From NCBI GenBank assembly GCA_951406725.2, contig OX597829.1, positions 41,478,001-41,542,000 of the forward strand: a stretch of DNA of 64,000 nucleotides, read 5' to 3'. The notes beneath the pieces are model-generated. The model had not been told where the DNA came from. It did not search any database and saw only the letters and a list, made by a program, of their open reading frames with translations. Position numbers and translations under genes: made by a program. Source of the stretch: Octopus vulgaris. Lineage: Eukaryota. Below, piece after piece: positions 38,771 to 52,974 of this stretch (its first letter is position 1; the number at the start of each line of letters is the position of its first letter).

Positions 38771-39085
38771 GTATTTGGAAGGTTTGCTGCAGGAAAACTT
38801 GCTTCAGGATTTTTGGCGGTAGGAAAGTTCTCCACATGGGGAATTTTGCTGCAAGACAATTTCACTGAGAAAAAGATAAATTGTTTCAACTATTATAATA
38901 TTATGGCAAGACAACAGGGGTGGGGTGGGGTGGGGGGCAAAATGAAGCAATCTAAAAGATGATAAAGTTTAAAAACAAATTCTGCTTAAACGTAAAGTAA
39001 TATAATATAAATATGATAACATTTACAAAGAACAAAACGAAAACAAACAACAAATCTAAAACAGAATTATAAAAAACATATATTT

Positions 39086-39747
39086 CATCATCATCATCAT
39101 CACCATCGTTTAACGTCTGTTCTCCATGCTAGCATGGGTTGGACGGTTCAACTGAGGTCTGTGAAGCCAGAAGGCTGCACCAGGCCCAATCTGATCTGGC
39201 GGTGTTTCTACAGCTGGATGCCCTTCCTAACGTCAACCACTCCATGAGTGTAGTGGGTGCTTTGTATGTGCCAGACGAGGCTGGCAATGGCCACGATTGA
39301 ATGGTGCTTTTTATGTGCCACCGGCATGGAGGCCAGTCAGGGTGACACTGGCAATGGCCATGTTCGGATGGTTCTCTTATGTGCCACCGGCACTGGTATC
39401 ACAGCTACAATTTCCATTGATGTTGATCGATTTCGATTTTGATTTTCACTTGCCTCAACAGGTCTTCTCAAAGAGAGTTTTGTGTCACAAGAAGGAAAGG
39501 TATGCATAAGTGGACTGGCTACATCCCAGGTAGAGGCCACGGGTTATGGTCTCACTTGTCCTGCTGGGTCTTCTCACGCACAGCATACTTCCAAAGGTCT
39601 CAGGGCATCCAGCTGTAGAAACATTTCCAGATAAGACTGGAGCCTGGTGCAGCCTTCTGGCTTCCCAGATCCCCGGTCGAACCGTCCAACCCATGCTAGC
39701 ATGGAGAACGGACGTTAAACGATGATGATGATGATGATGATGATGAT
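39086..39747. mobile_element. Head-to-head fusion of two RTE 3' ends (39086-39601 -, 39602-39747 +)
   Basis: (CAT)n at the left end, (GAT)n at the right end, strand switch at ~39601. Confidence 0.8.
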
Positions 39748-40489
39748 ATAGAAAGCAATTTTTTTCAGATCTGCAATTTCTTTAAATCAGGTTGCTTACC
39801 ATATCTTCGAGATTATCTATATGGTGAAATTATATTACAGCAAAATTTCCTAGATGACAAAGTTTCCCATGGTGAGTTTTCTTACGAGTTTTCCTGTGGC
39901 AAAAATTTTTACGGTGAAAGTTCGTAGAACCACAAGTTTACATTCAAAGCAAGAGAAAGCAAAAAGGTGAAAACTTTCAGGCGATGAATTTTTAAATATA
40001 AATATAAAGATATTTATATTAATAGGTCAAACTTACACAGGGTACAAATGACAGAAAATTAAAGAGGTGGAAGAAAGGTATTATGAATCCAACAGCTGTT
40101 TCTGAGGGCTCAGAGACCCATAATAATGTTGGCAGATGTGGTTCATCACAATATGTGGCTGAAATGGATACAGTCAACATATTTAGTGTTTCATACCCAA
40201 ATTATTTTACTTAATATATTTAATGTATCTACTTTGTTTATCTGCTTAATTGCCCCTTCATTCACCCAACTTGATTCCTCTTGCAGAATTGATCCCCTGT
40301 AAAGAAATCAGAGTCTAAGTTGTATAGATACATATGTATATATATATGACTGTGTGTGTTTTTGTGTATGTGTTTGTCCCCTATCACAGCTTAACAACTG
40401 GCATTGGTGTGTTTATGTCCCTGTAACTTAGCAGTTCAGCAAAAGAGACCAACAGAATAAATACCAGGCTTTACAAATAAATAAATAAA

Positions 40490-41372
40490 TGAGAGAAAAG
40501 TTGGACTTAAGAAGCATCAGATGTGGTGTGCAAGAGAGACGACTGCGCTAGTATCGTCATGTTTGCAAATGGATGAGGACAGCTGTGTGAAGAAAGTGTC
40601 ATACCCTAGCAGTTGAAGAGGTAAACCCAGGTAGACATGGGATGAGGTGGTGAAGCACAAACTTCAAACATTGGGCCTCACCAAGTCAATGACTAGTGAC
40701 TGAGACCTTTGGAGATATGCTGTGCTTGAGAAGACCTGACAAGCCAAGTGAGACCATAGCCCGTGGCCTATGCCAGTGATGTATAACCAGCTCACTTATG
40801 AGTACCTTTCATTCATTGGACAATAAACTTTGCTTGCGAAGACTTGTTGAGGCAAGTGAAATCAAAATCAAAATTGCTGATTTGGTCGATGACAGTACTG
40901 CCTGATTGGCACTCATGCCAGTGGAACATTAAAAGCACCATCCAAGCGTGACCGTTGCCAGGGCCACTGACTGGCTCGTGCCAATGGCACGTAAAAATTA
41001 TCATTTGAGTGTGATCGTTGCTAGCATCGCCTTACTGGCAAATGTGCCGGTGGCATGCGAAAAACAGCATTCGAGTGTGGCCATTGCCAGTGCCACCGTA
41101 CTGGCTCCCATGCAGGTGGCACATAAAAAACCCCTTTTGAGCATGGTTGTTGCCAGTACTGCCTAACTGGCCCTCATGCCAGTGACAAGTAAAAGCACCC
41201 ACTACACTCTCAGAGTGGTTGGTGTTAGGAAGGGCATCCAGCTGTAGAAACTTTGCCAGATCAGATTGGAGCCTGGTGCAACCTTCTGGCTCACTAGTCC
41301 TCAGTCAAACCGTCCAACCCATGCCAGTATGGTAAGCAGACGTTAAACGACAACGGTGATGATGATGATGAA
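40490..41372 (+). mobile_element. 5'-truncated RTE-clade LINE: ORF C-terminus, repeat-rich 3' UTR and (GAT)n tail
   Basis: LDLRSIRCGVQERRLR*YRHV..MDEDSCVKK..TWDEVVKHKLQTLGLT..DLWRYAVLEKT; links the many UTR fragments to an RTE LINE. Confidence 0.85.
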
Positions 41373-41932
41373 ATAAATAACTGCTAGGGTCCATTTGTTC
41401 AACTAAAATTTCTTCAAGGTGGTGCCCCAGTATGGCCACAGTCTAATAATTGAAGCAAGTAAAAGGTAAAAGATAAGTAGATGCGAGTTTGAAGAGATCA
41501 AATTCTATTCCTGTAGTGGGTCCTTCATTTTCAAGTTAACCCTCTCAGACCTGGGCCCCTGTGTCTAACTTTACCCTCCACCTGGGCTCCCAAGGAGAAA
41601 AAAAGATAGTTGAATATACGACTCAAGAGCACATGTACATTGTGTATAATATGTAATCTGTAAAATTCAGCAATTAACAGCTGATATTGATGTGCTGAAA
41701 CAATTTTAGTGCTTTGGAATAAACACTTTATTCTATTGCAGCATGGAAGGTGTTTATAAGCCATTTAAGAAATGCACAAAAACCATTAGATTCACTTCAA
41801 CATTTAAATTTAATTTACCAAAATATGTTTTCAGATCAGGTCACTTGCTATGCAAGTACACTGCCATAAAAAAAACCCACTTTATTATTCTATCTTCTCA
41901 TATTAAAATTCTTGTATATATAAACTCTGCAG

Positions 41933-42075
41933 ATATTCACAAACATGTATACCCAACTCAGAAAGCTGGGCCAGGAGTAACAAATACAGGCAAACAAATG
42001 GACGGAATTAGTCATGTCTTCTTTTTTCTACATATGTTGTTAATTACCGCTTTACTGGGAATTTGGCAGAGATGA
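41933..42075 (+). CDS. Candidate terminal coding exon with a GPI-anchor-like C-terminal signal
   Basis: CAG acceptor at 41930-41932 (phase 1); (D)IHKHVYPTQKAGPGVTNTGKQMDGISHVFFFLHMLLITALLGIWQR*; non-repetitive; AATAAA at ~42229. Confidence 0.3.
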
Positions 42076-42416
42076 CATTAAACCCATTCCTGCTATAACA
42101 GGAATATGGCATGACAGGGTTAATAACCATATTTTTTGAGCTTATAAAAATATCCTTTAACAACTTACATGTGTGTGTTGTCTATTGTGTGTGTGTTATC
42201 TGTTGTGTGTGTGTGCGTGCATGTATCTAATAAAACAGACTCCAACAAAGCTGGTGGTCTGTTTCGGTAAAACTTGTATTATTTGTGGGGTTGGAAAAAA
42301 GAGCAACGGAAAGATTACAGTAAAATGTCCATTGGGGAATTGATTTTCTTTCAGACATGATATATTGTAAATACGATTATATTCAAATTAAATAATCTTT
42401 TATTAATTAGTCAGAG

Positions 42417-42890
42417 TGGTGTCCTCATCTTGATTGTTGCTTTCACTACACTTCAGCTGTGTACACTCCGGTCTTCTTCAGGTGTCTTGTGATTCCCTAT
42501 AGTGCCTATTTCTTTACTACCCACAAGCGGCTAAATACAGAGAGGACAAACAAGGACAGACAAACAGATTAAGCCGATTATATCGACCCTAGTGCATAAC
42601 TGGTACTTAATTTATCGACCCCGAAAGGATGAAAGGCAAAGTCGACCTCAGCGGAATTTGAACTCAGAACGTAACGGCAGACGAAATACGGCTACGCATT
42701 TTGCCCGGCATATTAATGTTTCTGCCAGCTCGCCGCCTTGCGGCTTGGCATTCACTAAGGTGAATCTCAAGGCACCTGAAGAAGGCTGGAGCAAACACAG
42801 CTGAAGCTTGTGAAAGCAACAACCAGGATGAGGACACCATTCCTACAAATACTTAACACGTAAATTCCTCATCTCAGAAATACATAATTG
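42417..42890 (+). mobile_element. Fold-back element related to 13830-14350, with a SINE B (42507-42739, -) in its loop
   Basis: Inverted arms 42417-42495 / 42762-42839, each with a degenerate CTGAAGA core; shared terminus TCCTCATCTC. Confidence 0.7.
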
Positions 42891-43172
42891 TTTTTCTTCT
42901 ATCTGCATATCAGATCCTTGTACTGTACACTTGAAACAATAAAGGTTCAAAAATTTGTTAGCAATATTCACTCTTTCACTCTTTCTCTTGTTTCAGTCAT
43001 TTGACTATGGTCATGCTGGAGCAACACCTTAAAGGTTTTTAGTAAAGAAGTAGTATGTATTCTATTGGTTTTTTCCTGAACTGCTAAGTTACAGGGAAGT
43101 AAATGCACCAACATTTGTTGTCAAGTGATGGCGGGGGACAAACACAGATACATTAAATTTATACACACACAC

Positions 43173-43218
<46 letters not shown>

Positions 43219-43399
43219 TTATAAATTAAATTAGAGATAAAACAGTGAAAAAAACAGGCAAATCAAACAGTGAAAAACACAAACCAAAACATAAAAGTAA
43301 AAATAATTAATATAATATACAAAATATATAAAATATAAAATTTAAAAATTTAAATTATTTAAATTTAAAATTAAAATTTTATACATACACATATACATA

Positions 43400-43825
43400 A
43401 GAAAACCATCCGAACGGGACCGTAGCCAGTACTGCATCCACTGGCCCCGTGCTGTGGGCATGTAACAAACACCATCCGATCGTAGCCGTTCGCCAGCCTC
43501 GTCTGGCACCTGTGTCAGTGGCACATAAAAAACACCATCCGAGCGTGGCCGTCTGCCAGCCTCGTCTGGCACCTGTGTCGGTGGCACATAAAAAACACCA
43601 TTCGAGCGTGACCGTCTGCCAGCCTCGTCTGGCACCTGTGTCGGTGGCACATAAAATCACCCACTACACTCTCGGAGTGGTTGGCGTTAGGAAGGGCATC
43701 CAGCTGTAGAAACACTGCCAGATCTGACTGGCCTGGTGCAGCCTTCGGGCTTGCCAGACCCCAGTTGAACCGTCCAACCCATGCTAGCATGGAAAGCGGA
43801 CGTTAAACGATGATGATGATGATGA

Positions 43826-43828
<3 letters not shown>
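43400..43828 (+). mobile_element. RTE LINE 3' UTR fragment
   Basis: Family match, ~61-bp units. Confidence 0.9.
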
Positions 43829-43858
<30 letters not shown>

Positions 43859-44267
43859 CACACACACAAAAATTCTATAATTATGAGTATAATTATAATT
43901 AGGGTTCAGCAAAATTTTCTTCACCACATACCGAAATTTAGAAATCGCAGTTAAACTGCAATTTCCCTACCATAAGAAAATCTCCCAAACAGCAATACTC
44001 AACAACTCACGCAGGCAAAGAGAAAAAAAATAACGAATCCACCCAGCTCTAATTAACTGTATAAGCATTTCAGTGTTAGAGAGATGTGAAAAATGTAAAA
44101 TCATATTTCTACTCTCTCATTCTCCTCTTCAATACAGAAATTCAAGATTTTGAATTTGAGAGCACTGAAAATTAACATACTTATCTGATGAAGCGACATC
44201 AGACAACATATATCCAACGTCCAGTACTTCTGAATTCAAACAAACGAATGAGACCTTGTATACATAT

Positions 44268-44715
44268 ACATCATCATCATCATCATCATCATCATCATTT
44301 AACGTCCGCTTTCCATGCTAGCATGGGTTGGACGGTTCAACTTGGGTCTGGCAAGCCCGAAGGCTGCACCAGGCCAGTCAGATCTGGCAGTGTTTCTACA
44401 GCTGGATGCCCTTCCTAACGCCAACCACTCCGAGAGTGTAGTGGGTGATTTTATGTGCCATCGACACAGGTGCCAGACGAGGCTGGCAGACGGCCACGCT
44501 CGGATGGTGTTTTTATGTGCCACCGACACAGGTGCCAGATGAGGCTGGCAAACGGCCACGATCGGAAGGTGTTTGTTACGTGCCCACAGCACGGAGGCCA
44601 GTCGATGCGGTACTGGCTACGGCCACGTTCGGATGGTTTTCTTGTGTGCCACCGGCACTGGTACTACAAAGATACAAATTCCATTGACGTTCATCTATTT
44701 TGATTTGTTTTGATT
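44268..44715 (-). mobile_element. RTE LINE 3' UTR fragment, same subfamily as 43400-43828, inverted
   Basis: Reverse-complement match. Confidence 0.9.
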
Positions 44716-44750
44716 TGATATATACATATATATTTATATATATATATATA

Positions 44751-45050
44751 CGATCGTGAGGTTGTGAGCTCGAATCCCGGACCGGGCTGCGTGTTGTGTT
44801 CTTGAGCAAGACACTTTATTTCACGTTGCTCCAGTTCACTCAGCTGTAGAAATGAGTTGCGACGTCACAGGTGCCAAGCTGTATCGGCCCTTGCCTTTCC
44901 CTTGGACAACATCGGTGACGTGGAGAGGGGAGGCCGGTATGCATGGGCGACTGCTGGTCTTCCATAAAACAACCTTGCCCAGACTTGTGCCTCAGAGGGT
45001 AACTCTCTAGGTGCAAAACCCATGGTCAGTGTCTGAGCGAAGGGGGTCAC
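44751..45050 (+). mobile_element. 5'-clipped tRNA-derived SINE with a CORE/V-like central domain
   Basis: B box GAGCTCGAATCCC, then GTGTTCTTGAGCAAGACACTTTATTTCAC. Confidence 0.7.
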
Positions 45051-45103
45051 CACATATATATACACACATACACACATACATATATATTTAATTCTAGGTA
45101 TTT

Positions 45104-45191
45104 ATACAGCTGAGGATTGCTCTGCATTTAAATTGATTTAATGGTTGCATTAATCAATTAAATGGAGTCGCTTGAAACGATCGTACTGCAT
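45104..45191 (+). ncRNA. Type I hammerhead-like motif with a long AT-rich stem II
   Basis: ATACAG-CTGAGGA-[hairpin]-GAAAC-GATC-GTA-CTGCAT; palindromic CGATCG; base of stem II mismatched. Confidence 0.65.
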
Positions 45192-46038
45192 TACCTCTGG
45201 ATATCCTGTCGCCTATTTTGATATACATATATATATAGATATATATCCATTTCTAAGTAAGATTGTTCTTAATATTAATAATGATGCGCACTCTTAACCT
45301 TTCTGTCCCCCTCCCTTTCTCAGTCTTCATTCTTTCGGGTTTCCTTTTCTTCTACCTTACTGTCTCTCCCTCTCTCTCTCCTTCTTCATTCTTTCTGGTT
45401 TTCTCTACAACCATTCCCTTTTTTTCTCTCCCTTTCTCTGCTCCTCCTCCTCCCTCCCATCGTTGACCTGCGATGAGAGCTACTGTCTTTCTGACCTGGC
45501 TTCCTTCAAGTGTAGACGGCATTTTCTGTGGCTCCTTCGCCATTCTCAAAAATAGCGTTCGTAATATTTTATCTCGTTCAGCTTAACAGCCCTTCTTGTT
45601 TGTGTTACTGTTATTCTCCGTGTCCTGTCTTTTACTGTTTATATTTTGTACTGTTGTTACTGTCCTGTTTTTGTTACCATTTTTACCCCTCCGCAAAAAA
45701 AATCTCAAATTTTATTTAATTTGCTTTTCACAGGAAGGAATGTTTCATTAAAGTCGTGTCTCGCCTTGACCTTCGAAACGCAGAGTAGATGAAACAAAGG
45801 CGACTGAAGAAGGGGAATTTTCCTTGTTTTGTATGTCCTGTTTTCGTTGTTTAAGAAAAATGTCCATTTCCTTGGTTTTGTGTTTATGTATTCATTTATC
45901 ATTGTGTTTGACGTTTTTTTTGGTGTCCTGTACCCATATATGCATGTATATATACATGTAGAGGTAGGTATGTACACATATATATGTATATATGCATATG
46001 TCTTATTTTATTTATTAATTTATTATATATAGATATAT

Positions 46039-46644
46039 ACAGATAAGGAAATAATTTTATTCTCAAACACAGGATAAACTATTCATATTTTGCAGAAAAA
46101 TCTGTCAGCCGCCTGGCCATGAGACTTGAACTCACATCCCTGTGTTTATGCAACAAGTGCTTTACTGTTAAGGTAAACTGCCCAGCAACAAATTGTTCTG
46201 CAATTTTAGGATATATACAGCTAGCTTTATAAAATTCTATTGTATGTTAAATTCAACTTAAGTTGAAAGTCAACAAGCAAAGTTTGCTTTAGAAGTGTTG
46301 AGATGAATTGAAAGATACTGATGTGGAAATAATTTTATTCTCAAATGCAGTGATTACATGTCAAGTGCTTTACCATTAAGCTAAACTGCCCAACGACAAA
46401 TTCTACTGCAATTTTAGGATATATAAATCTAGCTTTATCCTACGTTTGAGAATAAAATTATTTCCTTATCTGTTTCTTTCAATACATCTCAACGCTTCTA
46501 AAGCAAACTTTGTTTGTTGACTTTCAACATAAGTTGAATTTAATGCATGACAGCATCTTATAAAGCTAGATTTATATCTCCTAAAATTGCAGAAAAATTT
46601 GTTGCTGAGCAGTTTAACAGAGATGTGTGTTCAAGTCTCATGCC

Positions 46645-46645
<1 letters not shown>
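46039..46645. repeat. Complex tandem plus inverted repeat containing a tRNA-like segment
   Basis: Arms ~46173-46347 / 46444-46617; partial direct repeats; minus-strand B box GAGTTCAAGTCTC. Confidence 0.75.
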
Positions 46646-46708
<63 letters not shown>

Positions 46709-46709
<1 letters not shown>

Positions 46710-47212
46710 TGATTGGAAGTGTTATCATGTACATGTATTTTGTCTTGGTATAAAAAGATGGGCTACAGCAAATATTCTGCTCAATACCACAGATTTGCTT
46801 GTCAGTTGTTTGACCTTAACCAGTTGAGCATGTCCCTTAGTGGCTGACGATATGTGCTTCTCTGATCACAAGCAGAAGTAGTGGGGGAGCATCATAGCCA
46901 TGTGTTGAGAGGGATTCTTTGGATTTGAATAATTCACCTCTGGAAACATGGGTGTTTCGTTCAACATCCTTAAACAACCTTTATTCAGGGACCTTTTGAG
47001 CAGAACGGGTTACTCGACCAGAAGAAAATTCTAACTGGGCCCCACCTGCAAGGTCATGTGCTGTTTATCTGGACATGAAATCACCATATTGAGTACATAT
47101 GGTTGTGATACACATACCTGGTGTACCCTTATCAGATGGGTAGTCATGATGGGTATTCTGGGCTTCGTATATTTTACCCTAGTGTCACTTTGATGGCATG
47201 CACTTCTCTCTC
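46709..47212. mobile_element. ~500-bp insertion bounded on both sides by (AAT)n
   Basis: (AAT)n at 46651-46708 and 47213-47252. Confidence 0.5.
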
Positions 47213-47256
<44 letters not shown>

Positions 47257-47259
47257 TAA

Positions 47260-47562
47260 TGGACTCTCCCCTTGCTAGATGACATATGAGGGTTTGACAA
47301 TTTCTTACTGAACAACCACACAGATGATTTGTTTATAGTGATCAAATGTTTCTGTAGATATAAGCTCACCCCCCCCCCCCCCATCAAATCGACATTACCT
47401 GTACAGGTGTAACGGGTGCCACTTGTCAGATGACGAAATGATTGCGGAGCAATGTGAAATGAAGTGCTTTGCTCAAGAACACAACGCAACACCCAGTCTG
47501 CGAATTGAACCCGTGATCTCACAATCGTGAGTGTAACACCTTAACCACTAAGCTATGTACCT
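47260..47562 (-). mobile_element. tRNA-derived SINE (CORE/V-like)
   Basis: TAGCTTAGTGGTTAAGG...GGGTTCAATTCGC...GTGTTCTTGAGCAAAGCACTT. Confidence 0.7.
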
Positions 47563-47563
47563 T

Positions 47564-47608
<45 letters not shown>

Positions 47609-47609
47609 T

Positions 47610-47810
47610 TCTGTGCAGGTGGCACGTAAAAAACACCCACTACACTCGCGGAGTGGTTGGCGTTAGGAAGGGCATCCAGCCGTAGAAACACTGCCAGATC
47701 TGACTGGGCCTGACGAAGCCTTCCAGCTTCACAGACCCCAGTTGACCCGTCCAACCCATGCTAGCATGGAAAGCGGACACTAAACGATGATGATGATGAT
47801 GATGATGATG
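47610..47810 (+). mobile_element. RTE LINE 3' end
   Basis: Family match, (GAT)n tail. Confidence 0.85.
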
Positions 47811-47901
47811 ATAGAGAGAGAGAGAGAGCAAGAGATACACACATACAAACAGCAAACACACATATACATACATCTACATATATATATGTGTGTATATATA
47901 T

Positions 47902-47959
<58 letters not shown>

Positions 47960-47970
47960 GTATATGTATA

Positions 47971-48005
<35 letters not shown>

Positions 48006-48006
48006 G

Positions 48007-48037
<31 letters not shown>

Positions 48038-48195
48038 ACATATATATATGTATATATATATATATACAAACATACATACATATATATATATATATACGTA
48101 TATATACAAACATATCAAAGAGAAATGGAAAATTAAATAAAATTAAAATTTTCACTTCCTGTGGCCTAACGTGTAAAAATTTTGTCCCAAAAGAC

Positions 48196-48279
<84 letters not shown>

Positions 48280-48488
48280 ATAGAAGATAGCTTTTAGTGC
48301 AGTGCATTCTGTTCTCTCTATGTATATTGATACATTCAAGATATTTTTGAGTTGTGTCTTGAAAAGTTTTCTGCAAATACCATACCTGTGTGTGTGTGTG
48401 TATGTGCGTATTCGTGTGTGTATGTGTGTATACATATATGTATGTATATATATATATACATATATTTGTGAATGTACATATATATGTG

Positions 48489-48528
<40 letters not shown>

Positions 48529-48856
48529 CGTGTGTGTATATATATATATCTACATATATACACACATGCATGCTATTTAAGACCTATTCACTCAGACACA
48601 CATTCACACACACATGCTCACATACGCATACGTATGCAAACACCGAAAACATAGAGTACAAAAGGCAACCAACAGCAGCAGCGGCCACAACATGACTGCT
48701 GCCGCAGCCGTTATCTTCTTTGCTTCCAGCGCCATATCCACCATTGGCATCACCAGCAACAGGATTAAGAAATGTTTTATGTCACCTCAACCCATATGGG
48801 ATGATGGGATGATGGGATGATGGCTGTGGTATGTATAGCACTAATGAATATGTAGG

Positions 48857-49370
48857 GATGAAGAAGAAGAAGTAGGTGAAGAAGGAGAAGAAGAAGAAGA
48901 AGAAGAAGAAGAAGAAGAAGAAGAAGAAGAAGAAGAAGAAGAAAGGAGGAGGAGGAGGAGGAGAAGAAGAAGAAGAAGAAGAAGAAGAAGAAGAAGAAGA
49001 AGAAGAAGAAGAAGAAGAAGAAGAAGAAGAAGAAGAAGAAGAAGAAGAAGAAGAAGAAGAAGAAGAAGAAGAAGAAGAAGAAGAAGGAGAAGAAGAAGAA
49101 GAAGAAGAAGAAGAAGAAGAAGAAGAAAAACAGGAGAAGAAGAAGAAGAAGAAGAAGAAGAAGAAGAAGAAGAAGAAGAAGAAGAAGAAGAAGAAGAAAA
49201 AGAAGAAGAAGAAGAAGAAGAAGAAGAAGAAGAAGAAGAAGAAGAAGAAGAAGAAGAAGAAGAAGAAGAAGAAGAAGAAGAAGAAGAAGAAGAAAGAAGA
49301 AGAAGAAGAAGAAGAAGAAGAAGAAGAAGAAGAAAAAGAAGAAGAAGAAGACAGAAGAAGAAGAAGAAGC
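48857..49370. repeat. Interrupted (GAA)n tract, ~510 bp
   Basis: Directly visible. Confidence 0.95.
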
Positions 49371-49576
49371 AAGCTCACTGTTATGTTGACATACTCTCGG
49401 GTGAATGTTGTATCTGATTCTGGATTTATAGTGTCATGCATGACACAAAAGGTATCAGGGGAGAGGCGGAACGCAGTGGGGGGGACGGAGTGGGATGCTC
49501 GGGTGTTGTAGATTCTGTATTTCTTTAAGTTCACATTTGCAAGCTATCATATATGTAGGGGAAGAATATACATCCA

Positions 49577-49674
49577 TCATACATACATACATACATGCAT
49601 ACATACATACATACATACATACATACATACATACATACATACATACATACATACATACACACATACATACATAC

Positions 49675-49705
<31 letters not shown>

Positions 49706-49823
49706 CATACATGCATACATACATACATACATGCACACATACATACATACTTACATACATACGTACATACATGTATACATACATACATACAGACATACAT
49801 ACATTCATACATACATACATACA

Positions 49824-49857
<34 letters not shown>

Positions 49858-50030
49858 AGTACATACATACATACATTCATACATGCATACATATATATAT
49901 ATATATATATGCATTTACATACATTCATGCATACAAACATGCAAACATACAAACCCACTTACATATATGTATATATATATATATATATATATACATACAC
50001 ACACACACACACACACACACATATACTCAT
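49577..50030. repeat. (ACAT)n/(TA)n/(CA)n microsatellite
   Basis: Directly visible. Confidence 0.95.
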
Positions 50031-50782
50031 ACACATCAACACATATATGAATATAAATGTGTATGTATATATATATATATATCTGTATGGTATATGTATA
50101 TATAAATACAAATACATAGATGCACATGCATACACATACACAGACTTACATACATGTGGATGTATATGCAAATATACATAGATATACAAATATATGCAAA
50201 TAGATATGCAAATATACATAAAGGTGGTGCTCCAGCATGGCCGCAGTCAAATGACTGAAACAAGTAAAAGAGTAGAGGAGAGACATCTACATACATATGA
50301 GGGCTTATATTTATACATGTATTCATATATAAACATGTACGTATGTACGTGTGTGTGTGTGTGTGTTTATTCATGGTGTATGCGTGTGCATCTGTGTGTG
50401 TTTGTCTACATGCTTGTATGTATGTGCATAGGCACACTATGGCTAAACGGTTAAGAGGTTTGCATTCCAGCTGAGAGATCCCATGTTTGCTCCCCCATTG
50501 CTCGGCTTCTTAAGAAAATATCATTCTTTACAGCTTCAGATTATCCCAAGTCTTCAGAATGAAATCAGGTAGAAGCCTTTCAGATAAATTATACCAATAA
50601 TACAGAATGGTACGGCTGTATCATACAAACACACGCATACACTGAACCATGCTGGTTTTGCCTAAAAAACTGTATGCACATGTGTTTGGAATACTCAGTC
50701 CATTAAACAATTTATTCAGGAGCAGGTAATTCAGTTAACTGAATGCTGAATGACAGAGATCCACCATGTATATTTAACATGT

Positions 50783-50822
<40 letters not shown>

Positions 50823-50830
50823 GTCAGTAA

Positions 50831-50866
<36 letters not shown>

Positions 50867-50869
50867 TGT

Positions 50870-51948
<1,079 letters not shown>

Positions 51949-51955
51949 ATGTATG

Positions 51956-52101
<146 letters not shown>

Positions 52102-52409
52102 CATACATATATATATTACTGACTATATGTATACACACACACAGACACAGGCACACACACAGACACACGTACATATATTTATGTGTGTGTGTATATATAT
52201 ATATACACACATACATATATATATATTTATATACACACACACACACATATATATATGTACGTGTGTCTGTGTGTGTGCCTGTGTATGTGTGTGTGTATAC
52301 ATATAGTCGGTAATATGGCATATTCCAAATGTCACACAATAACAGTAATGATAATGATAATGAATGTGAATGTATAATAATAATAATAATAATAATAATG
52401 ATAATAGTG

Positions 52410-52865
52410 ATATCAAAATCAAAATCAAAATAAAATTCGATGACCCGGCATCCGTGCTAGCGGGGTGCAAAGAGCACCATACATGCGTGATCATTGACAG
52501 AGTGGCTAACCGGCTTCTGTGCCAGTGGCACATAAAAGGCACCATTTGAGTGTGATCTTTACCAGCGTCGCCTTACTGGCACTTGTGTACGTGCTTGTAG
52601 GGTGCCAAGAGCACCATCCAAAACTTGATTGTTGCCAGAGCAGCTAACTGGCTTCCATGCCAGTGGCACGTAAAAGGCACCATTCAAGCGTGATCGTTAC
52701 CAGCATTGCCTTACTGGCACTTGTGGCAGTGGCATGTGTAAAAAGATTCGAGCGAGGTCGTTGCCAGTACCGCCTGACTGGCCCCCATGCTAGTTGGTAC
52801 ATAAAAAGCACCCACTACACTCTCGGAGTGGTTGGCGTTAGGAAGGGCATCCAGCTGTAGAAACT
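52410..52865 (+). mobile_element. RTE LINE 3' UTR repeat array (~7 units), 3'-truncated
   Basis: Family match. Confidence 0.85.
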
Positions 52866-52938
52866 TGATTTTCTTTGCTCTAGGTATTGGAAAGGAACTC
52901 AACAAGAAATGAAAACAAAATTGAAAGAAGAAGAAAAG

Positions 52939-52971
<33 letters not shown>

Positions 52972-52974
52972 TTA

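Noticed and set aside
45740-45795. Hammerhead at GAAAC-GCAGA-GTA-GATGAAACA
   Set aside because: The stem I partner is present but the CUGANGA core is missing; at most a relic.
52410-52865. CRISPR-like array (constant box with variable linkers)
   Set aside because: The linkers are homologous to one another, the array is the 3' UTR of an RTE LINE, the context is eukaryotic and there are no cas genes.
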